Of a stretch of DNA of 64,000 nt, positions 52,262-64,000 are shown one piece after another. The stretch is taken from the NCBI GenBank assembly GCA_009914755.4, contig CP086569.2, positions 7,616,001 through 7,680,000 on the forward strand, in the 5' to 3' direction. Position 1 is the stretch's first letter; the number at the start of each line of letters is the position of its first letter. A model generated the notes under the pieces. That model was not told the origin of the DNA. It saw nothing but the letters and a program-made list of their open reading frames with translations, and made no database searches. This stretch comes from the human T2T-CHM13v2.0 reference genome, Homo sapiens. The translations under genes and the position numbers were made by a program.

Positions 52262-52575
52262 GAGTCCACTGGGTGCAGTAGCTCATGTGTGTAATTGCAG
52301 CACTTTGAGAATCCAAGGCAGGCAGATCACGAGGTCAAGATTTTGTGACTAGTCTGGCCAACATAGTAAAACCCATTCTTTACAAGAAAGACAATAATTA
52401 ACTAGGCCTGGTGGCAAGCACCTGTAATACCAACTACTCAGGAGGCTGATAAATGAGGATCACATGAATCCTAAAGATGGAGGTTGCAGTATTTCGAGAT
52501 TGTACCTCTGCACTCCAGACTGAGGTACAGTGTGAGACTCTGTCTCAAAACAAAGACAAAAACAAAAGAAGAAGA
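52262..52575 (+). mobile_element. Alu SINE, old and diverged (AluJ-like), sense.
   Basis: 'ccactgggtgcagtagctcatgtgtgtaattgcagcactttgagaatccaaggcaggcagatcacgaggtcaagattttgtgactagtctggccaacatagtaaaacccattctttacaagaaagacaataattaactaggcctggtggcaagcacctgtaataccaactactcaggaggctga...gcactccagactgaggtacagtgtgagactctgtctcaaaacaaag'. Confidence 0.85.
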
Positions 52576-55500
52576 CGAAGAGTATCACTTAACCTAGGTG
52601 CTGGGCTCTGCAATATGTAATAACCACCTCTCTTGGCAGGGTCTAGAATATGAAGGAGAGTCACATTATTTAGGTTTTAAAGTCAGCAGTATGTCACAAT
52701 TTCTTTGGTGTGCAGGACGCCGCAGGAGAGGAGAGACATATTACCTAGATGTTACACCAAATGATATTTCACAATGTCTTCTGGGGGCTTGACACAGGCA
52801 GAAGAAACAAATCACCTAGCTTATAGGCTAAGAGATATATGATAATATCCCCTGTTGCCAGGTCCAGGCAAAATAGTCACTTTTTATGATTCTAACCCAG
52901 CAATATGTCACAACACACCCATAAAAAGAAATTTAATACAAAAAGTCTCAACACCCGGGTACTAGGCCTAGTAAGAGGCCAAATCTCCTTGTCTTTTAGA
53001 GTGACCCTAATAACTGTGAGTTGGGTATGTATATGAGATTCACAATCTCCCGTGTTTCCTGGACCATTGTATAATACTGTACAACATTTGAAGTCATGTG
53101 TGAGAGTTGCAAACCACTCTGAGGCTTACATGTTCCTATGGATTCACAACCTTACATATTTTCCTAAAGCCAGGTATAATAGTCAAAATTTCTTCTGTAG
53201 GCTGGGGTCAGGAATGAGACCCATTTTTATATTTGTGAGCTGGATCCAGAAGTGAGTCACCATCCCAACTGTGACCAGATCCACATATGAAAGTAACAAT
53301 TCCAATGGTGTACTGCATTCACTTGTTAGACTCAGGACCCTAACAGTGGGCTTTGGACATATAGGGTGGTGGCAGCATTTACTTTCACCTGGGTGTGTAA
53401 TCCAGAGTCCAACTCTGAAATTTTGCTGATCCTTGTCATAAAACTCTGTGTTGTACTTAAGGAGATTTTACATTATGATTTAGTGTTGTAAAGCTCTGTG
53501 AGCTTGGTACAAACATGCAACCCAGGACGTTACCTATTGCCCTAGTCCTAGCAATGAAAGACAGCATATCTCCTATTGGCTAAATCCAAATATAAATTTG
53601 ACAATCATGCATGTAAACTGTAGTAAGTTATATATCATAGTCCCATTTGTGGACAGAAAAACTAACCCAGAGGGTAATATCACTTAGGTCCTCTGACAAG
53701 CAACATGGCACAATGACCTCTCTAGGCAGGGTGTAAGAATTAGAGTCACACTTACTGCATTCTGGACTCAGCAATATGGCACAATCCCACATGTGGGGAA
53801 TAAAAAAGAAAAAAGAACCAGCCAAATGGTAAGAGCCAAAACAATGGGCCCAGGGTATGTCAAAATACCTTCTGGTATTCCGCACAGTCATGAGAGTCAT
53901 GTTATCAGGGTTCTGGGCCCAGCAATATCCCATAATATTCTGGATATAGAGGACCCAGGTAAACGAGTAACAGTATCTGGGTGTCGTACTCTGCAATGTC
54001 TGTTCTTGGCATGGTTCAAGAGAAAAAGGAGAGTCAAATAACCTGAGTCCTGAGCTCAGCAGTACATCAGCATCCCCCCATTGTAAAGACCAAGCAGAAG
54101 AAGAGAATCACTTCATTTAGGTCATGGGCTCAGAGATATATCCTAGTGTCCCCAGTAAGCAGGACCCAGGAAGAAAAGGACAGTCACATCACCTAGCTGC
54201 TTCCCTACTTATATGTCACAATCTAAGAAGTGGGCAGAAAGCAGGCAGAAGAGCCACACCATCTGCATACTGCCTCAAGTAATATCTCACCATGCCCAAT
54301 GAAGAGAGGTTTAAAGAAATAAAAAGAGAATCACACTACCTGGGGGCTGGGATCAGCAATGTGTAATAATTACCTCTCTTTGTTGGGTCCAGGACAAAAA
54401 AAAAGTCATGTCACTTAGGTTTTGCACTCAGTGGTATATCAAAATTTTTTCAGTGGGCAGGATCCAGGCAGGAGGGATGAGTCACATTACCTAGATGCTA
54501 TATCTATCAATATGTCACAGTGTCTCCTTTGGGCAGGGCATGGGCAGGAGAGACAAATCATCTAGCCAACAGGCCTGGAGATATGTGAAAATATTCTCTG
54601 TTTGCAGAGCTCCTACAGAAGAGTCACTATATCAATATTCAAACCCAGTGATATGTAACAATCCCCTTATGAAAAAGGAATTTCAACCAAACAGTCTCAA
54701 CACTGGTTTACTTTGCCAAAGTTATGACACAATCACCTCATTATTAAGGATGACACCATTAACTGTTATCTAGTTGTGCATATGATAGTCAAAATCTAAC
54801 ATGTGTGCTGTTTATTGTATGGCACTCTTTACAACTCCTGAGATGTTTATAAAACATGTATGAGGGTTCCAAAACTCTCTGAGACCTACATGCTTATATG
54901 GATTCATGATCTTACGTATTGCCCTAAACTCAGGGATAACAGTCAACATCTCTCCTATATGCTGGCTTCAGGGATGAGACTACTATTATGCCTGTGACCT
55001 AGGCCCAGAAATTAGTCATCATTTCACCTGTGACCATATTCATTTATGAATGTCACAATTCTAACTTGGTGCTGTATTGACTTGTTAGGCCCAGGACCTC
55101 AACAATGGGTTTTGTAAATGTAGGATAGTAAAAACTTTTATTTTCAACTGAGTGTGTAGGTGAAAGTCACCATTTTAACTTTTTGTTGGGTCCCATTGTG
55201 AACCTTCCTGTACCACTCAAGAAGTTTTTATGATATGAGTTAGTTTTGTAAGCTTCTGTGAGATTTGTACAAATATGCAATGGAAGATCTTTCCTATTGA
55301 CCAAAACCTAGTGGAGAGAGGCAAAATATCTCCTGCTGGTTGAATCCCAATATAAGCTTGATCACCATGTCTTTGAACTGAATCAAGGTATATATCATAA
55401 TCCCACTTGAGGGCAAAAAACTAGGCAGAAGGTTAATATCACTTAGGTGCTGTGCCAAGCAATATGTCGTAATGCCCTATTTAGGCAGGGCCTAGGAAAT

Positions 55501-57194
55501 AGGGTCACATTAGTTGATGGCAGGAGCAAGCAAAATGATACAACCACACATGAAAGAAAGCCAACAAAGTGGTCAGAGACAAAAAAAACCTACAGAATAA
55601 ACCAAAGATATGTTAAACTACCTTCTGTGGCTCTGGCATAGGCAGAAGAGTCATATCATTAGGGAGTTGGGTGGAGCAATATGCTATAATTTTCTCTTTA
55701 TGCACGACCTATGAAGAATAGTAACATCATGTGTGGGCTGGGCCTGAAATATGGCAAAAGTCCTTTTCATGGGTGCTATTCAGCAACAAGTTGAGAGTCA
55801 CATTACCTAAGTGCTTGGCTTATCCATATGTCACAGTCTTCCTATTGTAAAGGCCCAGAGATAAACAGAGACTCACATCACTTAAGTCATGGGCTCAGAG
55901 ATATGGCCCAATGTCACCAGTAGCCAAGGCTCAGGCAGAAAGAGGGAGTCATATTACATAGGTGCTTCTTTATTTAGATATCACAAATTAATATAAGGGT
56001 AGAAACCACGTTGAAGAGCCACATGATCTGGTCCTGCATCCCGAGATGTTCACAAGTCCCCCTTAGAACAGGACCCAGGAAAAAGACACATCACCTAGGT
56101 GTAAATTCCACCCTTATATCATGAAGTTCCTTGTGGACAGGGCCAAGCAGGAAGTCACATCACCTAGGTGATAGGCTCAGATATATGTCATAAAGCCTTC
56201 TTTAAAGCATCACCCTGGCAAAAGAGTACAATCACCTTTTTGCCTGGCCTGGCAATGTGTCACTATTCAAGTGGGCAGGTCCCAAGTAGAAAAGCCATAG
56301 CACCTATATGATAGGCCTGTGATATGTCAAAATGTCCTCTTTTGTGCATGGCCCTGGCATCCTCTTTTAAGTGATGGACACAGTGATAAGTCACAATGAT
56401 ATCTGTGGGCATAGTGAAGGCAAGAATGTAATGTCATCTTGGTGCTGGATCCAGTGATGTCACAATTTTTACTGATAGCAGAGACCAGGAAGAAGAGTCA
56501 TATCACTTCAAAATTGGCCCAGGTAGATATCAAAATTCCATATATAGGTTGGAACCAATCTGAAGAATGAAATTACACAGGTGCTTGGGGAAGATTTATA
56601 TCACATTCACAGTGTAATTAAATTCAAGGGATTAGATTTACAATACTACACATGTCCCGTTTTTAGGTAGGATAGTTGCTCTCATTCATCTTTGATGTTG
56701 AAAGTCCTTACTGTTATTTGAGTATGCATATGAGTGTGCATCATAATTTTCTCTGTGTGCTAGACATTATTATGACAGCTTCTATATAGCCCAAGGGTGT
56801 TATAAAATATCTGTGTTTGTTATAATTTTCTGTGACCATTTTATCAGAAGAAGATCCTTGACAATACTCATGTTGTGACAAAAGTCAAAATTTATCTTAT
56901 TGGCTGGGTCCCCATATTACAGTCATTATCATGTTTGTTAGCTGTGCATAGGTAAATGTCACCATTACCTCTGTGGTTGTTAAGCAGGGAGGACAATCAC
57001 ATCACCTAAATTTTAAGCCAGAATTTTTCCAAAATTCTCTTTGATGGCAAGAGTCTAACAGAAAATTCACAAGACATGGGTGCTAGGCAAAGCTCTATGT
57101 CATAATGTCCCTTGTGGTGAATGTCCAGGAAGGAGAGTAGAGTCATATTACCTAAATCATGGCCCCAGAGATATGTCACAATGCCTCCTGTTAA

Positions 57195-58455
57195 TAAATG
57201 GTGCAGGCAAAACTGGCTAGCCATATGCAGAAAGCTGAAACTGGATCCCTTCCTTTCACCTTATACAAAAATTAATTCAAGATGGACTAAAGACTTACAT
57301 GTTAGATGTAAAACCATTAAAACCCTAGAAGAAAACCTAGGCAATACCATTCAGGACATAGGCATGGGCAAGGACTTCATGTCTAAAACACCAAAAGCTA
57401 TGACAACAGAAGCCAAAATTGACAAAAGAGATCTAATTAAACTAAAGGGCTTCTGCACAGCAAAAGAAACTACCATCAGAGTGAACAGGCAACCTACAAA
57501 ATGGGAGAAAATTTTTGCAACCTACTCATCTGACAAAGGCCTAACATCCAGAATCTACAATGAACTCAATCAAATTTACAAGAAAAAAACAAACAACACC
57601 ATCAAAAAGTGGGCGAACGACATGAGCAGACACTTCTCAAAAGAGGACATTTATGCAGCCAAAAAACACATGAAAAAATGCTCATCATCACTGGCCATCA
57701 GAGAAATGCAAATCAAAACCACAATGAGATACCACCTCACACCAGTTAGAATGGCGATCATTAAAAAGTCAGGAAACAACAGGTGCTGGATGGGATGTGG
57801 AGAAATAGGAACACTGTTACACTGTTGGTGGGACTGTAAACTAGTTCAATCATTGTGGAAGTCAGTGCGGTGATTCCTCAGGGATCTAGAACTAGAAATA
57901 CCATTTGACCCAGCCATCCTATTACTAGATATATACCCAAGGGATTATAAATCATGATGCTATAAAGACACATGTACACATATGTTTATTGCAGCACTAT
58001 TCACAATAGCAAAGACTTGGAACCAACCGAAATGTCCAACAAACACAGATTGGATTAAGAAAATGTGGCACATATACATTGTGGAATACTATGCAGCCAT
58101 AAAAAATGATGAGCTCATATCCTTTGTAGGGACATGGATGAAGCTGGAAACCATCATTCTCAGCAAACTATTGCAAGGACAAAAAACCAAACATCGCATG
58201 TTCTCACTCATAGATGGGAATTGAACAAATGAGAACACATGGACACAGGAAGGGGAACATCACACACTGGGGACCATTGTGGGGTGGGGGGAGGGTGGAG
58301 AGATAGCATTAGGAGATATGCCTAATGTTAAATGGCGAGTTAATGGGGGCAGCACACCAACATGGCACATGTATAAATATATAACAAACCTGCACGTTGT
58401 GCACATGTACCCTTAAACTTAAAATATAATAATAATTTTTTTTAAAAAAAGAAAA
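57195..58455 (+). mobile_element. L1PA-type (young primate L1) 5'-truncated insertion. It carries ORF2 C-terminal coding sequence, the 3'UTR and a poly-A tail.
   Basis: Starts within '...aataaatggtgcaggcaaaactggctagccatatgcagaaagctgaaactggatcccttcctt'. The 3'UTR 'gaattgaacaaatgagaacacatggacacaggaaggggaacatcacacactggggaccattgtggggtggggggagggtggagagatagcattaggagatatgcctaatgttaaatggcgagttaatgggggcagcacaccaacatggcacatgtataaatatataacaaacctgcacgttgtgcacatgtaccc' ends in an A-rich tail. Satellite sequence resumes at about 58456. Confidence 0.95.
57198..57873 (+). CDS. L1 ORF2 C-terminal fragment. The ORF is open; track ORF 57121-57873 begins in satellite sequence upstream.
   Basis: Translation '...[216 protein letters not shown]' is near-identical to the human L1 ORF2 C-terminus. 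Track ORF 57982-58224 ('MFIAALFTIAKTWNQPKCP...') is the remaining ORF2 tail in another frame. Confidence 0.9.
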
Positions 58456-61400
58456 AGGCCCATGCAACAGAATCATGTCATTTGGATGCAGTGCAGAGAA
58501 ATGCTACAATCTTCACTGTAATCAGTGTTCAGGCGGGAGAGGAGAGACACATAACCTAGATGATGAATCCAGCAATATGTTATGATCTCTTCTGAGGACA
58601 CTGTTAAGACACAAGAGTCAAATAATTAACTATATGTCCAGGTATATGTCAAAATGTCATCTGTGGGCTATAACTAAGGAGGATTATTAAATCACTCAGG
58701 AGATTGGCAAAGATAAATGTCATAATAATACCTGTAAAAAGGTTCAGGGAGGAGAATCACCATCCTGCACATCCTGGCTCCAGGTACAAGGGTCATTATT
58801 CAGCCTTTGATCTGGCCTCACATATATGCTGCAATGCCTCCTGTGAACATGGAGAAAAAAGGAAATTCCCATCACCTGAGTGGGTGCTGGTCAAGTTTAA
58901 TGTCAAAATCCTTGTAGTGTACAGGCCTCTAGAAGAAGAGTTACATCACCTGGATGCTTATTTCAGTGATGTATCTAATCCTCCACCGAGGGCAGGGCTT
59001 AAGCAGGAGAGGAGACAATCATCACCTACGCAATTGGCCTGGATATATATCACAACGGCCCTTATGTTTAGGACCAAGGCAGGAGAGTGAACTCACCTTG
59101 TGCTGGTTTCAGCTGTATGTCACCATCTCTCTGGTGGTCAGGACTCAGTCAAGAGAGAATAAGCATCACCTAGGTGCTAAGCCAAGTGTTATGTTATATA
59201 GTTTTTTATTGGTAGAACACCCCCAAATGAACAGTCACATCACATGGGTGCAGTACCCAGTTATGTGTAACAATGCACCAGAACTGCAAGGCCAAGGCAG
59301 AATAAGGAAGTCACATACTTATATGATGGACCTTGATAAAAGCCACAATGCTCTTTGTAGGCAGGGTTCAGACCAAGATTTTACATCAGCTGAGTGCTGT
59401 GTTCAGAGATATGTAAAAGTGCCCTTGGTCCCATTGCCAAAGAAGGTGTTGTATATCACTTAGTTGCTTGGTGCACATATGTCACAATTTGAACTGTGCT
59501 CTGGGTCTAGAAAGGAGAGTCAAAACAATCAGATGCTGGACAAAGTCATACTTCTCAGTCACACACTCGAAAATGTTCAGAAATACATTTCACAGTCCCA
59601 CACAATCCTGGCTTTGGGTGGGAGAGTCAACATCTACGATTTGGTTTGAAATACAGAAGTCACAATCTCAAAAATGTGCAAGATGCATGTATAAGAACCC
59701 TAATCCCACTTGAGTATTGTGCTCCATTAGTAGAGTCAAAGCACCACAGGTTTGCTGAATAATGGTTCATATGTCACAAAACCACCTGTGGATCTGATTC
59801 ATGTACAAGAGTTACAATTTTGAGATTTTGACTGCTTATGTGTGTGAGAGTTAGTACCTCATTTATAGGCTCTGTTTATGTGTGAGAATGAAAACAGTGT
59901 CAGCTGGGTGTTCATCCAAGACTCAAAATAGCATCTGATTGTTGGTGCCTGTTATAAAACTCTTTGTACCACTGAAGATTTATGTGATATAACTGAGTAG
60001 CACGGTTTTCCATGAATTCTTACAGGTGGGAGGTCTAGGACTTTACCCACGGCTGTAAGAGTGGCAATGAGAGTGGAAATATCTCCTTTGGCTGGGTCAA
60101 TGTATGAAAGTTATTGTTATGCATATTAACTGATTTAACAAATAAGTCTCAATTTTACTTTTGGGTACAGACAAGACAGAAAAGTCACATCATCTGGGTC
60201 CTTACAAGGCATATATTATAATCTCCTCTGTAGGCAGAACCCAGTCAGAAGGCTCATATCACCTGGGTACAATCTGAAATGATATGACATCATGCCCACT
60301 GCATACATAGTTGAGAAAAATAGTGGATAGTCACAGCCCCTAGGTGCTATGCTCAGCAATATATTATATTTCCCTCTCTTGACAGAGTATGGAACAAAGG
60401 GTAGAGTTACGTCTCCTAGATTTTATACTCAGTTGTATGTCACAATTTCTTTAGTGGGGAGGATCCAGGTAGGAGAGGAGATTCACATTATCTAGATGCT
60501 ATACCTAGCAATATGTCACAGTGTCCCCTGTAGGCAGGGCACTGGGTGGAGAGACACATCACCTACCTGGTAGGCCCAGAGATATGTGATAATATCCCCT
60601 GGTTCCAGGATCCAAGCAGAAGAGTCACCTTTTTATTATTCTAACCCAGCGATGATTCACAATGCAAACATGGTAAAGAATTTAAGCCAAAACTTCTCAA
60701 CAACTAGGAGTACTGGGCCTAGAGATATGACACAATCTCTTCATCTCTTAGCATCACACCTTTAACTGCTAGCTTGGGGTGTATGTGAGAGTCACAATCT
60801 CATGTGTTATCTGGATCATTGCATGACACATTCTACAGCATTCAAAGGGTTTATGCAACATGCATGAGAGTAGCAATCCACTCTGAGGCATGCATGGTTG
60901 TATTGACTCACAATCTTATATACTGCTTTAAACCCAGTTATAATAGTCAACATCTCTCTTATAGGGTGGGTTCAGATGGGAGACCAATTATTATGCCTGT
61001 GATCTGGGTCCAGAAATTAGTCACCCTCTCATCTGTAGCAAGATCCACATATCAAAGTCAAAATTCCATCTTTGTACTTTATTTACTTGTTAGACTCAGA
61101 ACTTCAACAGTGGCCTTTGTAAATGTGGGATGGTGACAACTTTGTCTCTCACCTGCAAGTGTAATGAAGAATCATGATCTTACCCTTTTCCTGGGCCATG
61201 TTACAAAACTCAGTGTACCACCCAATAAGTTTATAGAATACGAGTTAGTTTTGTAACATTCTTTGAGTTTTGTACAAATACGCAACTCATAACCTTAACT
61301 GTTGCAGTAAGCATAGAGATGAGAGGCAAAATATCTACTATTGGTGTAATACCAATTTAAATTTGATCATCATCACTCTGAATAGAAGCAATGTAAATTT

Positions 61401-63345
61401 AATATCCAGTTTTTAGGAAAAAACTTGACAAGAGGTTAGCACAAATTAGGTGTTTTGCCAAGCAATATGTCACACTGCCTCCTCTAGGCAGGTGGTAGAA
61501 ATGAGGGTTATATTAACTGGACACTAGACCCAGAAATATAACACAATCCCAAATGTGAAAGAAAAACAGACAATTGATGACAGCAAACACACCTACAACA
61601 TGGGCTCAAGATATGTTAAAATACTTTCTGTTGCTGTGGCACAGGCAGGAGAATTACATCATCCGCGTTACAGACCTAATAATATGCCATAATTCTGTCT
61701 TTATGAAGGACCCAGGCAGCAGAGGAACATCATCTGGGTGCTGGGCCAGCCAATATGTCAGAATTCCTCTTCATAGGGACAGTTCAGGAAAATATTAAGA
61801 GTCATATTATGTAAGTATTGGGCTTAGTATTATTTCACGTTACCCCATTGTAAAGCCTCTGGCAGGAAAACAGGTTCACATCTCTTAGGACATGAACTCA
61901 GGTATATGGCCAAATATCCCAAGTAGGCAGGGCTCAAGCAGAAGAAAAGAGTCATATCTCATATCATGTAGGTGCTTCCCTAGGTATATGACACAATCTT
62001 ACACGTGAGGTGAAAGCAGGCAAAACAGCCACATCACCATGATGTTGGATTCTGAGCTATGTCACAAGGCTCCCTTAGGACAAGACCCAGACAAGAGAGT
62101 TAGAGCAAATAAGTGCAGTGTTTGCCCTTATTTTTCAATGCTGTATGTGTGCAGGACCAGAGCACGAAGTCACATCACCTAAGTAATAGGTCCAGAGATA
62201 TGTCACAATGTCCCACTGAGGCCCTGGTGAAGGGGTACCATTACGTTTGTGCCTAACCTAGCAACATGTCACTATACAGGTAAGCATTACCCAAGCAGGA
62301 GAGCAGAATCCCCTAGATGAAGTCTCAGAAATTTGTCATAATGCACTTTGTAGGACATGGCCATAGCAAAAGAGTACCATCAGCTTTGTGCCTGGCCCAG
62401 CCATATGTCGCTATACCCCACAGTGCACAGGGACCATTATAATGAGGAGATTTATGTCACCTAAGTTGTTGACACAGTCATATGTCACAATAATTTCTGT
62501 AGGCAGGGCTCAGGCAAAAATGTAACATGACCAGTGTCCTGGATCCAGTGATATGTCACAATTCTTACTGAGAGCAAGGCCTAGGCAGGAGAGTCACATC
62601 ACCTAGAAGGTGGCCAAGGTACACATGACAATAACTTACATGGGATGAAACCAGTCTGGATAGTCAAATCACATAGGTGCTAGGCAAATATTTATGTCAC
62701 AGTCACACTGGCAGAAAATTCACTGGATGAGATTTACAATACCACACATATCCTGATTTCAGGACTGACATCTGGCTTCATATATGTGAGATGGTAACAG
62801 TCCTCACTGTCGGCTTGGTGTGTATATGAGACTCACAATTTCACCTTTCTGTTATGTTCTGTTATTACACTCTCTGTACAAGCCAAGGGCTTTATAAAAT
62901 TTCCGAGGCTATTATAATCTTCTGTAACCTTTCTTTAACTGAGAGAGACTTAATCACTCATGTTTCTATAGCAAGTAATGAGGGTCAAAATTACTCCTAT
63001 TTGTGGGGTATGAGAGTCAATACTATGCCTGTGAGTTGTGCATAGTTATATGTCACAATTTACTCTGTGGTAATGAAACAGGCTTGACAGCCAAGTCACC
63101 TAAATGCTGAACCAGAAATTTTCAAATATTCTTGTAGGCAAGTTCCTGGAAGAAAAGTTGCATAACTTCTGGGTTACACCCAGATGTATGGCACAATGCC
63201 CCTTTTAAGCAGTGCCTAGGCAGAAGAGGAGAGTCATATAATCTAAATGACTGGCCAAGACATGTGCAACAATGCCTTCTGTTGAAAGGACCAGGCAAGA
63301 GAGTCATGACATTTGCATGAAGTGCTTAGAAATGCTACAATCCCC

Positions 63346-63425
63346 AAGGCAGAGGTTGTAGTGAGCCGAGACTGCAGCACTGCACTGCAACCTAGGTGAC
63401 AAAATGAAAGAAAAAGAAAAAAACA
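63346..63425 (+). mobile_element. Alu 3'-terminal fragment (~70 bp) with a short A-rich tail, flanked by ~10-12 bp direct repeats.
   Basis: 'aaggcagaggttgtagtgagccgagactgcagcactgcactgcaacctaggtgacaaaatgaaagaaaaagaaaaaaac' lies between 'gctacaatcccc' and 'attacaatcccc'. The uninterrupted homologous monomer at 4895 reads 'gctataatccccagtggaagcagg'. Confidence 0.85.
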
Positions 63426-64000
63426 TTACAATCCCCAGTGGAAGCAGGATCCAGTCAGAGGAGGTGAGACAGGTAAACTAGATGATGGATTCAGAGACAT
63501 TTTACAATCCTTCCTGAGGATATTGTTAAGACAGGAGAGTCAAATCACAAATGTGACCAGCTGAGGTATATGTGCAAATCTCATTTGTGGACTGCACCTA
63601 GGCAGGATTATTAAGTCACCCAGGAACTGGGCAAATGTATATGTCACAGTAACACTAGTGAAATGCTCCAGAAACAGGAGTCACCTTCTTGTATATGACC
63701 TGGCTCCAGATTTAAGAGTCATGATTAGTCCTCTTATCTCATCTCAGGTATATGGCAAAATATCACCTGTGTGCAGAGAGCAAGTGGGAAGGTCACCACA
63801 CCTGGGTGGGTGCTGGTCCAGTGAGATGTCACAATCCATCTTCTGGGCAGGACCCTGGAAGAAGCATCACATCAGCTGGATACTGTTTTTAGTGATATAT
63901 CAAAATTCCACCTGTGAGCAGGGCTTAAGAAAGAGAGGAGGGTCACTTCACCTAGGCAATTGGCATAGATATATGTCACAATGGGTGCTATGTGCAAAAC

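Overview
This window is primate (almost certainly human) nuclear DNA, not prokaryotic sequence, so no operons, CRISPR arrays or defence systems are present. The 'undescribed system' prompt is not supported. Two blocks, about 1864-20655 and 42290-64000, are a tandem array of diverged ~70-75 bp monomers. A typical monomer reads ...gagtcacatcacctgggtgctgggcccagcaatatgtcacaatgcccctgt(a/g)ggcagggcccaggcaggagag.... From memory this matches the beta-satellite (Sau3A/BSR/LSAU-like) family. The monomers are embedded in a composite higher-order repeat (HOR) of about 4.6-6.8 kb with at least 8 copies. Three unit subtypes recur in the same order in both blocks, which suggests a ~17 kb super-unit. A 21.4 kb non-satellite island (about 20656-42046) lies between the blocks. 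It holds a 5'-truncated Alu, the 5' portion of an ancient L1 (5'UTR, ORF1, start of ORF2), a decayed C2H2 zinc-finger exon fragment on the minus strand, and an internally deleted HERV-K-like (betaretrovirus-like) provirus on the minus strand. The provirus has both ~1.1 kb LTRs, a PR/G-patch remnant, an RT remnant and a nearly full-length frameshifted env. Further Alus and an A-rich stretch follow the provirus. The array blocks themselves carry a young 3'-terminal L1PA insertion at about 57195-58455 and several Alu insertions, some with expanded microsatellite tails. No intact cellular protein-coding gene can be supported. Most track ORFs are chance ORFs in stop-poor satellite or microsatellite sequence, or pieces of retroelement ORFs. 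From memory of the 19p12 literature, satellite plus ZNF fragment plus HERV-K is the kind of organisation described there; this needs an alignment to confirm. All coordinates for repeats are approximate to within about 10-30 bp.
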